The notes under the pieces: generated by a model
Databases searched by the model: none
The model's input: only the letters and a program-made list of their open reading frames with translations
What the model was told of the DNA's origin: nothing
In this document: in pieces, positions 29,489-45,012 of the stretch
How positions within the stretch are numbered: position 1 is the stretch's first letter
Layout: each line of letters begins with the position of its first letter
Translations under genes and position numbers: made by a program
DNA from: the human T2T-CHM13v2.0 reference genome, Homo sapiens
DNA: 64,000 nt
Strand: one strand, 5' to 3'
Assembly: GCF_009914755.1 (NCBI RefSeq)
Contig: NC_060926.1

Positions 29489-30279
29489 ATGTTACATCAA
29501 GATTGATTCAAGCTTAAATGTAAGACCTCAAGCTAAAATAAAACCTAGAAAATACCCTTCTGGATATCAGCCTAGACAGAATTTATGACTAAGTCCTCAA
29601 AAGCAATTGCAACAAAAATAAAAATAGACAAGTGGCACCTAATTCAACGAAAGCACTTCTATACAGCAAAAGAAACTATCAGCAGAGTAAAAAGACAACC
29701 TACAGAATGGGTTAATATATTTACAAACTATATATCCAACAAAGGACTAATATCCGGAATCTATAAGCAACTTCAACAAATAAACATGCAAAAAAAAAAA
29801 TTAACAATTGGGCAAAGAACATGAACAGACACTTTTCAAAAGAAGACATACAAGTAGGCATACAAGATCTTTGCTTGTCAGATACAATTTCAAATTTCAG
29901 AATCACCTTCTCTGAAGGCAATATTGCCAGTTTTCTTTTTCTATCCATTAACCTTCCAAGACAGTGTACCCAGTTTTATCTTTTTCTAACATATATTTGG
30001 TCCTGTCACTTCTCTGTTTAAAACTCTTCAAGATCTACTCTGTGACTGTAGGGAAAATCTAAACTTCACAGAGTAGCATTCATTTCTCTCCAAAATTGAT
30101 AACAAATCTACTCTTCCAATTTTGTTTCTTACTTTTCCCATGAACCTATGTCCCTCACACCTCCTACGTCTCTGTGACTCTACCTTTACTCAGATTACTT
30201 TCTTTTCTTTGTATGCCCCTCTCTTGTTCTTAGTTTGTCTTCAGGTTACTTGATTTTCCATTTTATTTGATTTTTCTAG

Positions 30280-30614
<335 letters not shown>

Positions 30615-31044
30615 ATTTTTTTTTTTAATAATTAGTAGCCAAAAATAATATAACCCCAACCTAATCATGCACCTTCATTTGAATTTTTCAAACATTTCAA
30701 CTGCAGTATGTATTTAGGCTTCCCATTTGGGGTTCTCACGGTGCTTGGTAAATGTGCTTTTCACATTTCTAGTGCTCTATAATGTGTAATAAAAGCATAA
30801 AGCATGGCGGAAACCTTCAAAAAATTAGCATCAGATGTAATGAGAGTGGAAATTAATGAAACACATAATAATGACCTATTAAAATCTATTCAGCAAATGA
30901 TCAGTTTGGAGTTGGTGAGGTTTTATCAAGTTATCAAGCGGGATTTCAATGTAAGCCAAGTAAAATGGAAAAACATTTTTCTCCAGTTACCATTAGTAAG
31001 TACGGCAAAGGAAAAAAAATAGTTTATTATATGATCTTTCACAA

Positions 31045-31319
<275 letters not shown>

Positions 31320-32776
31320 GATTTGTCCATTTTTATCTTTCATAAATGATAGCATTATAAATTTAAAGTCTCACTAGATGGAGAAATATGTGCAGAAATT
31401 GAAGGTAGAAACTGTATGGTTTCTTGACAGATAAAAACTATAACTTAGAAATTTGTTTTTCAGCTAAATCTCTGATATTTTTATAATTTTCTCTTTCTTC
31501 CAAAGTAGAATAATTGGGCTCTCTTTAACAAATTTCAATCTAACCAGGATTTTACAATTAATCAGTTTGTCATGGCTTTTTCCATTTGTCCAATAGTAAC
31601 TTGTAAAAGCCTTTCCATGGAAGGCCTGTAAAACCCTGAGTGTCTTAACTTTTATCGGACAATCCAGAAAAAATCATATTTGGGAACACCGATAATGAAT
31701 TGGCAGACAAATAGCTGAGAAAGACATTTTTTCTTTTAAAAAATGATCAGAATTAAAAAAAAAAGAAAAGAAAAGAGGAATGTGGGGAAGTATTTAAATG
31801 AACACATATAATAGAATTTAGTTTCCCTTAGCACAGCTCTGATTGTTTAGCTTCTTTCAGGAATGGTAAAAATGAATACTAATGAGTTTTAACTTTACAA
31901 GCCAGCATTAATTTAGACAAATGTTGAATATATTGCTCTATTCTTTGATTATTTTGTTTGATAATTTTTCTTTAATTATGAATGCATAATTAATAATTTA
32001 ATTATCCATATTAGTTTCCCCGTGTACTTTCAACTATAGCTTTCGGCAAAACTAACTTCAAAAAAAAGGAGAGACTGGCTTCCCAGCTTCAGGGAATTTC
32101 TGTCATGAGAGTCAAGGAAGCTTGGTTACCACACTCTTGAGTCACGCAGGCAATATCCCCTTCATCTATCCTTTCATATTTTGGGCCGACTCTTCAAAAT
32201 ATGAAACTCTGGAGATGAAACATTGAGGCAAAAAAAAGGTTTGTAGTCCTTGAGATTCAATATCCGCACATTTCCATCTCTCTCAGTGCCTCCTTTCATT
32301 GATGTCAGAGTATCGGCTTAATTTGCAGAGCTGAGGACATCATTAACTGCAGCTTCAGATAAAGCATTTCAAAAAAATGTTCTAAAGCAGAAAACTTATA
32401 ACACTCTGAATACTTGAAACTTTTAACTTTTCCCATCATTATTCCAAAGTTAAAAGTCAAAAGTGAAGTCAAACTTAAAAAATAAAAGTTTGTTCATAGA
32501 ACATCATTTCCCTCAAATACCTCCTTAATTATTATAAGTTGCATCATTCATTGGGCAGGATGCCATTAGAAAAATATTTGGGGAATTTGTTTGCACCATC
32601 TATTAAACTTGAGGCTTACAAGCACATTTTATTTCTGAGCCTGTGTTCTAAACTCATATAAACTCGTAATTGTGTATATGATGATGAATTCCATTATATT
32701 GCAGGCACTTGCTTATATAATACTCACTCAGTGGAGTATTGCAGTTTTCTTATTGATAATAAAAATATTAATTATT

Positions 32777-33066
<290 letters not shown>

Positions 33067-33199
33067 GTTAATTATTATATATTCAAATTTAAATCTGTCC
33101 ATTTATTTCAATGCTCAGTGTTACTACCTTGTTCAGGTAATCAGCATTTCTTGGGCACAAAGCTTCCCAAGTCTTGGGAATCTATTATATGTTATCTGT

Positions 33200-33470
33200 C
33201 CTGAATTCAGAGTGAATTCCTACAATACAAATTTAATTATGTCATCCCCTTGCTTAAAACTCTCTGACACCTACCTGTTGCTAGGATACTCTCCAAACTC
33301 ATTAAAAAGGCCAAATCCTTAATGAGATGCTCCCATTATAAATGCCTTTAGGACAAGGACTGTCATTCGACCAGTGTTATATCTAGTGTCTAGCAAGGTG
33401 TCTGGTAATCCTAAGTACATGCTTAGGATGCAGTGAACATTTGTGGAATAACTGTTGAATGAGTCATGAT
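33200..33470 (+). mobile_element. L2 3' remnant
   Basis: cccctgcttaaaac-like motif, ggacaaggactgtc...tctagtgtctagcaaggtgtctgg...tgttgaatga. Confidence 0.7.
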
Positions 33471-33639
33471 AGTAAGGTCATTTCATTTCCTAAATTTATA
33501 AGTATACTGTCTTCCATTATTAAAAAAAAAAAACCTCTGGCAACTTAATTATATCTGTCTCTTCAAATCTACATTTTTTCCAATGAAGGTTTTTCTTTGC
33601 TTTCTTATATACTAACTCCTTTGAATTTATTAAGGTGTT

Positions 33640-34210
33640 TTCTCTGTTGCATTTTTTCTACCTATATATTCTATGGCATTTTATTACTTTTCTGAATATT
33701 TTAACATACATAACTTAGTAAAGTCCAAAGTTAACAGTTTAAATATCAAACAATATAAAGATGCAAAAACACCTATTATCTCCCTGGACCTGATTTATAT
33801 ACTTTTGTTGTTCCATATTTTGGATTTATCTTGTTTGTTTTTAATACCACAAATTTGATATTATGCTTATGGGTTAAACAATCAATATTAGTTTAAATTT
33901 ACATGTAGTTACAAAATTCTATACTTGGTATCTCATCTTGTATATTAATTGTGAAATTATATTATTTCCTCCCTGAAGTACACTAATTAACAATCTCCTT
34001 AATAAAGTTCTGTTGGGATAAAAATCTGTCAGTTATTATATCTATAAAAATGCATATTTTGGCCTTTTGTGGAAAGATATTCATAGTGGAAAAATAATTT
34101 GAGATTGGCAGCTTTTCTTCTTAGCTCATTGAAAATATTAATCAACTATCTTCTGGATTCCATGGTTGCAGTTAAGAAAAACATCAGTTAAACTGGCATT
34201 TGGTTGAGGG
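33640..34210 (-). mobile_element. Ancient L1M ORF1-region remnant
   Basis: gaaagatattcatagtgg...ttggcagcttttc...tcttctggattccatggttgcagttaagaa resembles antisense L1M. Confidence 0.6.
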
Positions 34211-34707
34211 AGAGCTTCCTTTGTTCTTGGTTGCTTTTAGCATTTCTTATTTTTTTATTTTTTATTTTTTTTTTACATTTTCAACAAATTAAATGTAATT
34301 ATTTTCTATTTTGTGATTATTTCAATATTTAACGTCTTTGTTGGTTTGTTTCTCTTTCTTGCAGTTACTGCTGGCTCTTGTTCATTCTACATTCTATTCC
34401 TATGTTTTTCAGTTATTTTTTGTGGTCTCAAATTCCTTGGAATTTCATTTGGGGCAATTCTTTGATGACTGGGTTAAAAAGGTAGTCTTCTCCAAAACAG
34501 ATTTGTATTTGAATTTGCCAAATACTTGAGGGCATCCAAAATCTCAGATCCCTTTTTCACCTTAAGGAGTTTCAGGTTACATAATAGGCCAATACAGTGT
34601 TTCCTTAGAAATTCAGATTATGCGTTCAGATTTCAATGGACAATTTTTTTCCTTATTTCCTTTTTCCCCAGACCCAGGGTCAAAGTAGTCATTATCTTTT
34701 TCCTATA

Positions 34708-35034
34708 TGTATTAGTCCATTTTCGTGCTGCTGACAAAGACATATCCTTACAGTTCTACATGACTGAGGAGACCTCACAATCATGGCAGAAGGCAAAGAG
34801 GAGCAATTCACATCTTACATGGATGGTAGCGGGCAAAGAGAGAGCTTGTGCAGACAAACTCCCATTTTTAAAGCCTTCAGATCTTGTGAGACCCATTCAC
34901 TCTCATGAGAACAGCACAAGAAAGACCTGCACCCATGATTCAGTCATCTCCCACTGGGCCCGTCCCACAACACGTGGGAATTACGGGAGCTACAAAGTGA
35001 GATTTGGGCGGGGACGCAAAACCAAACCATATCA
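34708..35034 (-). mobile_element. THE1A/B solo LTR with an internal deletion
   Basis: tgtattagtcc...ccatatca termini; 5-bp TSD ctata at 34703-34707 and 35035-35039; the segment after aaagacata is missing. Confidence 0.92.
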
Positions 35035-35678
35035 CTATATGTTTAGTTTGTTTCTGGTTCGTATTTTGGAAGCACTGTGTTGCATGGAATCTCCTGTTAG
35101 ATTTTACACTCACCTTTGTCTCTCTGTCCTACGACATCATTAATAAGAATTTCATTCGTAACTAGAGTTTGTAAGAACCCCAAGGTCAAAAACCCACCTC
35201 AGGACAAGCTTCTTTATCTGAACTTATTTTACTTGGTTTTAAGGCCTCTGAATATTTATTTTAATTTTTTTTTTAGTCCAGCAGAAGTTTTAGTATGACT
35301 TGTTTTAATACATTTTAACATTTTTTATTGCTTTTACCAGGTTTATTCAGGTTATCTGTTTAGTTATACAGCAGGAAACAAAATTTTCTTTTTTATTCAT
35401 TCCTGTCTAGATTTTATACCATTATTTTGAAGTTTCAAAATCAATACTTTCTTTAGATAATGAACATTTTTTAAAAATCCAGATTTCTTTTTTAAAAATC
35501 TAGAATTTCTCTCTATACTTCTATAGCTGACCAAAAAAATCCTTCCATCTTGATTTCTTGGGCTTTCACCCTGTGACTCTCTCATTACCTTTTATAATTA
35601 TAACTCATACTTCTCAGCCTTTTTTTTTTTTTAACAAAATCATCTTCTGCCTATTCCTTCAGTTTTGTTGTTCTCAGT

Positions 35679-36075
35679 TGTGAGAATTAATTTTGTGGGT
35701 CAGCTTGGCTGAGCTATAGTGCCTAGTTGCTTGGTGAAGCACCAGTCAAGATGTTGTTGTGAAGATTTTCTGTTTTAGATGTGATTAACATTTACATTTG
35801 TGGAATTCGAATGAAGCAGATTACCCTCCATAATGTCTGTGGGCCTCATACAATCAGTTGAAGGCCTTAATGGAAAACTCTGAGGTTCTTAGAAGAGGAG
35901 AGAGTTCAGCTTCCAGATTGCATTTAGACTCAAGCCTGCAACATAAACTCCTGCTGGAATTTTCAACCTGCTGTTCGACTTCGAAAAAACAAAGAGTAAT
36001 TTTAAGGAATTGGCTTGAGCAATTGTGGGAGCTAGCTAGTTTCGTGTGTGCGTGCGTGTGTGTGTGTGTGTGTGT
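35679..36075 (+). mobile_element. MLT2 (MLT2C/D-like) ERVL LTR, 3' end missing, with an internal microinversion
   Basis: ttaattttgtgggtcagcttggctgagc, aagcagattaccctccataatg...gggcctcatacaatcagttgaaggccttaat; ends in (GT)n. Confidence 0.85.
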
Positions 36076-36084
36076 TTTCCCCTG

Positions 36085-36189
36085 TATATGTGAATTTCCA
36101 GCCTCCAGAACTGTGTGACAATAAATTTCTGTTGTTTAAGCCGTTCTGTTTCTAGTACTTTGTTACAGCAACCCTAGAAAACTAATAGA
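36085..36189 (+). mobile_element. MLT1-type MaLR LTR 3' end
   Basis: ttccagcctccagaactgtgtgacaataaatttctgttgtttaagcc...tactttgttacagcaaccctagaaaactaata. Confidence 0.8.
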
Positions 36190-36935
36190 GTCCATCCCTA
36201 GTTCCCTTCTTTTCTTTCATTATCCAGTCTTTTAAGAACTTGTTTGGTCTCAAGCCTTATGACATGTGAGTTTATTATACTGTGCCTAACATTGTCAACA
36301 AATACATCTGTTTCACCTTCTATTTATTTCAATGCTTATTTAGCATTTGTACCTACATGACTGAGCAACATGTACCTGAAAAAAATATTCCTCACACTCA
36401 TCATTTTCTTATATAATCCATCTTGATTAAACACCTTCTATTTATTCTTGGCATCAGGTTCACACTAAATATTTCCCTCTGCATCTACTGTGTTTAACTG
36501 ATCCAGACAAATCTCACAATTCTACATCCATTCCTCTTGCCATTCTTAATTTATGCCCTCAATGTATCCTTTTTATAATATCTCAAATAGGGAAGGGGCA
36601 TATGATAGCATCATTTAGCAGTACATTTCAATCTCAGGTTCCAGGGGAATTACTTAAACTTCCTTGAGTCTCTTTCTTCACTGATACACGTAATTTGGTA
36701 AAATTCAGTTCTGATCATTTCAATTTTCCTAATAATTAAAATTAATCTTTAAAAAAATTCTAAATCTCTATGAAAATGTACAAATGTTTTAAATTACCAA
36801 AATCTTTTCTTTTCAAAATTGTTAACTCCTGTTTATTCCTCTAGACTCCCTACTTTTGGCTTATGTTCTGTGTACTACTAACATACAGCTATTTCTATTT
36901 TCTGAAAAACAAAAGCCCCTGTATTTTATGTCTTT

Positions 36936-37231
<296 letters not shown>

Positions 37232-38089
37232 TATTTTATGTCTTTATGTATTTTCTCTGCTCACATTGTCTCTCTGCTCCCTGGCAAAACTCTTGTTACT
37301 TTTTAAGGTCAAAGACAGAGATCTTTTCTTTTGGGAAGTAGCTCATGAATGGCTGTACATACTCGCTTTCACTGTTCTGTGTAAGCAATGGCCCGTGTCT
37401 GTAAGAACACACATCTTAATGTGCTGTAATTATGTTTGTACATGTGTTATCTTATTAGAAAATGGAAATTTCTAGAGTGTAAGAATAGTGTCATTTTCAT
37501 CTGGATTCCAAAAAGTGTGGGCATTGTTTGCTGTGGTTCAGTCAGTAATTCCTCATGGCATTAGTGAATAACAACATTTGGCATTCTTTCAGAGCATGTG
37601 ATTACATACAAACTAGATGACTCAGGTTAGGTCCTACCGAATGAAAAGTCTTGTGGAGGACACAAGACTTTTGGGTAAAGTATGGTTTGCTGTTATTTCT
37701 TGCTAAGGATAACATATTTTTGTAAGACTCTAAGTGAAATTTAAATCATATCCTTTGTGTGACGATTACTTACAAATCAAGCCATCGATATAAACATAGT
37801 TCTGTGTTAGCTATGATTAAAAACATTTACTCCTCAATGATATCGAGAAAATAACTAGGGATTTCTCAATCTACTGGTATGTATATATGTCCCACAAGCA
37901 TATACAGTAATAACTAATAACTTATTGTTCAGGCTTGCTGACACAGAAATGATTTTTTTACATGATGACCTATGGTTGGAATCATTATGTCTTGATTTTA
38001 AAATTTATTATAATTCTTCGCTTCCTAGTGAAGGAATTCTTTCTTACAACTGCAAAGCATAGCAACCTGAGCAACACTGTTCCGCTGTC

Positions 38090-38260
38090 AACTAAATGTA
38101 AACCTTAAATAATTCACATCACTTGTAGTTGCCTAATTTATAAAATGAGAATAACAATGTTTACATACCCTGCATCCCAAGTTAGTTGTGAAGCATAATT
38201 AGACAGTCAATATTGTTGAAACAGCAGAAATGTGAGAAAACACTTTAAAACGTTACAAGT
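38090..38260 (+). mobile_element. MIR remnant
   Basis: tataaaatgagaataacaatg...gttagttgtgaag...gtgagaaaacacttt. Confidence 0.5.
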
Positions 38261-40305
38261 ATCTTATAAGACTGTGTTTTTCCCTCCAAGGGGAGCATGT
38301 TGTGCTTTCCTTTGATTATTTCTAAATAAGAAATCTTTTTTATTATCATTGTTTTGACCACAACATGTCCTATAAGCAGGTATGAAGGTTGAAGACAGGA
38401 ACTGAAATCCATCAAAATCTGTCTTCTTTAATTTTACAGACAGTCATATGATATTAAATTAACAGGTGAATTTCAAAATTCTATTGTTTTTGTGCTGACG
38501 TTTATAATAATGAGAAGATACTTTTATGGAACTGCTATGAAGATGTGTTCACAAAGGTCTAAAATAATGTGTTATACCTTAGGTGAGTCCCCAGATAAAT
38601 TATTCTTATGTTAAATAGTTGTCTAACACCTTTTGCCTTGTAGACTGTTCTGCATGTCAAATCAAACCTTTCTTCCCAAAGCGTAGAGTTGTTCCAGGTA
38701 AAAAGATCCATTCTAGAATCGAGATATTTTCTACTGCCTGGTAACACAGGTGTAGGAAGTTTCCCTGAAGCTTGCTAAATGCTGTTATCTTCAATTACTC
38801 TCCAGTTATTAGAGTTTCTTAAGAAAACTTGATACTTTCTTATTCTACAAGTACCTGAACCAGCACCAGAGTCATAGATGGACAGTGTCAATGTATTTTC
38901 TTCTTCTTGGTTGGACTCCATTTGGTCAGTGTGAGCCGTCAGCTTAGATATAATTCCTTCTGCATTTCTGCACATGTGGAGCAGAAGTCAAGTCCCTGGG
39001 TACATTTCATACCTGCCAGTTTGGCCTTGATGTTTTAAGGAGGAGTTTTCTTTTCTGCCAAGAGGAGGAATTAGGATGGTAAAGATCATCATGGTTCCTA
39101 CATTGCTTATTCTTCACAATATTTCAATTGGCTCTAAAAGAAATCATATCTATCATGTGGTTGGTAGAACAATGCTCACTTACCGTACAATTTTGTTAAC
39201 AAACAGCTTTGAAACATCTCCTCATTCACAGTCAGGCCACTAATTAGTTACTAGCTGAATTTGGCTGAGATTGATCTTTTGTCTATATTCATTGCTCGGA
39301 TTACAAAGAAAATGATGATTTGAAATGCAGTATTTAGAACTTGGAATCAAATACTAACTGAAAAATTCCTTTTGTGTATTTTCAACTAACCATGATGTTG
39401 AATCCATTGATCTCTTGTTTTTAATGTAATTGTTTACACAGCATATTTATAGTCACAATCATTTCTACTTTCAATTTATTTTTTAAATTATGAAAAAAAT
39501 ACATATATTTTGGTTAGGAATTCATGCTGAGGGCTTGCTAATCCTTTACTACTACCTATAAGTACAGTCAAAGATATGCTTGTAAAGGTGAATTCAGAAA
39601 ACTTATTGAAGATTTTACCTCCTAAGCAAGGACCTTAGATTTTAATAAGATTAAATAATGTAAAAATAATGTAAAAGCATCAAGGATGTTCGTTGAAAGT
39701 GCAAATTGAAAAATAAGGGCTTTAAAAAAAGAGTTGATAATGGGTATGTACATATTGAGTTAATTGAATTGCTTGCACACGATCAATTTCACAAACATGC
39801 TGGCAAGACAAACAAGTGCTTTATAGTATATGAAGGGAGCGGTTCAAGTGGTCATGGCAGGCATATTTAGCACCTAGTGGAGCCTTGGACACAGTCTGGG
39901 ATTTCTTCAATTTTATGGGTCCCAAATCAATGCAGAAACTGTAAACTGGTTGAGAATCCCTATGGATGTTAGCAAGTCTTGACAGACGTGAGGAGTTCCT
40001 TAAGAGAGGTTGGTATATATATCACTATTTTTTTTAAATATTAACTAGTATAATTTCTGGTGCCACTTAAATAGACAACTATGTTGAAAATAAATTATAT
40101 ATATACATTTAGTAGATTTTGATGCTCAGAGAAGTTTTCAAATCGTGAAGAAAATAAAATGATTAGATAATATTTTGAATGAAAACAATACTACGTAAAT
40201 TTTGAACCAGTGTTATGCTATATTAAAATTACAATATTATGAATTAGATATGACTTTTTCTCAATTATTTATGAACTATTAACTGCTGTTGTCAAAAGCA
40301 TGTGA

Positions 40306-40308
<3 letters not shown>

Positions 40309-40336
<28 letters not shown>
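40309..40336 (+). repeat. (TG)14 microsatellite
   Basis: Directly visible. Confidence 0.95.
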
Positions 40337-40339
<3 letters not shown>

Positions 40340-40622
40340 TTACAGTGAATGTGCTATACTTTCAGTACAAAAGGCATGGTGATATTTTCCGATAAAAGTA
40401 CTCAGAATTCTTTTTCCAGAAGATATAAAGCTGTAATCCTAAAGAACTGATAATGTGATATTGTAGATGACCTCACTGCCAATATGAAAAATATGAGTAA
40501 TCTGTATTTTTAAAATATATTCGTACTTACTTTTTCTCCATTATTTATGTGTAGCTCATGGATCCAGAGGTATATCAAATGTAAAATGAATCCTGTAATC
40601 CTGTCTAATGTTCGATGATTAC

Positions 40623-40923
40623 TTTTTTTGTTGGGGGAGGTGGGGGGATAGAGTCTCACTCTGACACCAGGCTGGAGTACAGTATTGGGATCTTGGCTCA
40701 CTGAAATTTCCACCTCCTGGGATCAAGTGATTCTCCTGCCTCCGGCTCCCGAGTAGCTGGGAAAACTGGCACACGCCACCATGCCCAGCTAATTTTTGTA
40801 TTTTTAGTAGAGACGGGGTTTCACCCCCTTGGCCAGGACACTCTCGATCTCTTGACCTCATGATCCATCTGCATTGGCCTCCCAAAGTCCTGGGATTACA
40901 GGCATGAGCCACCATGCCCAGCC
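40623..40923 (-). mobile_element. AluS (Sc/Sg-like) with a C-rich modified tail
   Basis: Antisense Alu body; the tail on the - strand reads ccccccacctcccccaacaaaaaaa. Confidence 0.9.
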
Positions 40924-42283
40924 TATGTTCAATCATTTCATAACAAATACACAAATAGAAAAATATGTATTTAATAACCATTTCTACCACAAACCTGAAC
41001 ATATCCTGAATCTTAAATTTTATTCATGCTTTGCTAATTTGTATTAATTTGCATGACTACTATTTGTTTGTATCTTCAAATACTGCTACATTTTTGTAAA
41101 TTATATTCTTCATATTTTAAATATGTATTCATTATATCCCATCCCCAGTGTCTTCTTGTAAATAAGATATTTCAATGTGACTCTTTCACTTTATTGTTTT
41201 ATATTAACAAATCCAGCCAGAAAAAATTTCTTTATTTTTCAATCTGCTCGATAACATGAAGAAATGCCTTATAAGGTAAGATTGCCAGAAGATAGTGATC
41301 TTAATGAGTTGCTATTTTCAAGGAGCAGTAATAATCATTAGACACAGCTTCCCTGGAAACCCAAGGAAACGACATTCACCTGGAAAATAACACAGTTCAA
41401 TTATAAACAAAGTTTCTGAATGGAAAAGCATTAATTTCCCATTTTCATACTTTCCATTGCCATTTTGAACTCATCATCACTTTATTGCTGCTCTAGCTTT
41501 GCCAAGTTACCATATCCAAACCCGTTTTCACAAGCAGCAGAAACATCTGTGAAAACAGGAACTAAGAGTCCCCTAGGAGAGATCTTGTTGTATCATTATA
41601 ATTTCAATACAAACTACATGACGAGGCAATATTAGTACCATGATAGAAGATGCTACATTCCTTTGATTAAAAAGATGACATAAAATAAATGTAGGAAACA
41701 TGGGGTCTTGATGGATATATTAAAGCAGTGAAAAAGTTACTAAACTTATTTTTAATGTTTTAATGTGGACAATTTGAACAATCTACATTTAAAATAAGTC
41801 TGTATGCATACACCAAGCTAAAACAGAGTTTAAGCAAATCAATACAGACTCCAAATGCATGTTTTTCTCATCACTTAAAATATTATTTGCTTTCTCTTGA
41901 TTCTGGTAACCAAAGCGTATCTGGGAATCTTTATTGATTTTAAGTTTTATTTTAAGTTGCTTTCTCTAAAAGAGTCTTAAGAGAGACTCATTTTGATAGT
42001 AAGTTTTCTGGGAACGAAGCCACACAGAATTACCCTCGTGCATATCACACTGTGCTCATAGCACAGACAAAATATTCAGATGGTTATTTATATAGCATGC
42101 AACAGTTGGACATTTAGGAGAATCTATGCATGGATTTACCTTACTTTTTTAGGACATAGTTGGCATTGTACAAATATAGCTGCAATGCAGAACAAATGGA
42201 TGAAATTAATACCTGCTTATAGGAAAGCAATAGAAAACCTATATCTTGACCCACTCAAATTTAGCAGAAACTGAGTGCGATAA

Positions 42284-43990
<1,707 letters not shown>

Positions 43991-44257
43991 TCAAAACACT
44001 GATCTTGAGATGGCACATCACTTCTCATTTTACAAAAGGTTTACAAAAAGTCTGAAAAACACTAATTTTAATATCATTTTTTCTTTCCAAAGCTTGCTTG
44101 GATGCATCCTGTAGAATTAAATTGTATATTCAAAGTTTAAATTCTAGTGGAAAAGCAAATAAATAATTAGAAAATAGATATCAGTTTGATGCTTGAGCTT
44201 ATTAAATTGTTAAGAGATGTCTGGTGGCTTCATTCAATTTTAAGTTCTGTGTGTAAT

Positions 44258-45012
<755 letters not shown>

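Noticed and set aside
34526-35143. 205-aa ORF
   Set aside because: Runs antisense through the THE1 LTR, starts at TTG rather than ATG, and has no protein features.
38775-38975. 66-aa ORF in unique sequence
   Set aside because: Short, with no recognisable homology or flanking gene structure; cannot be supported as coding.
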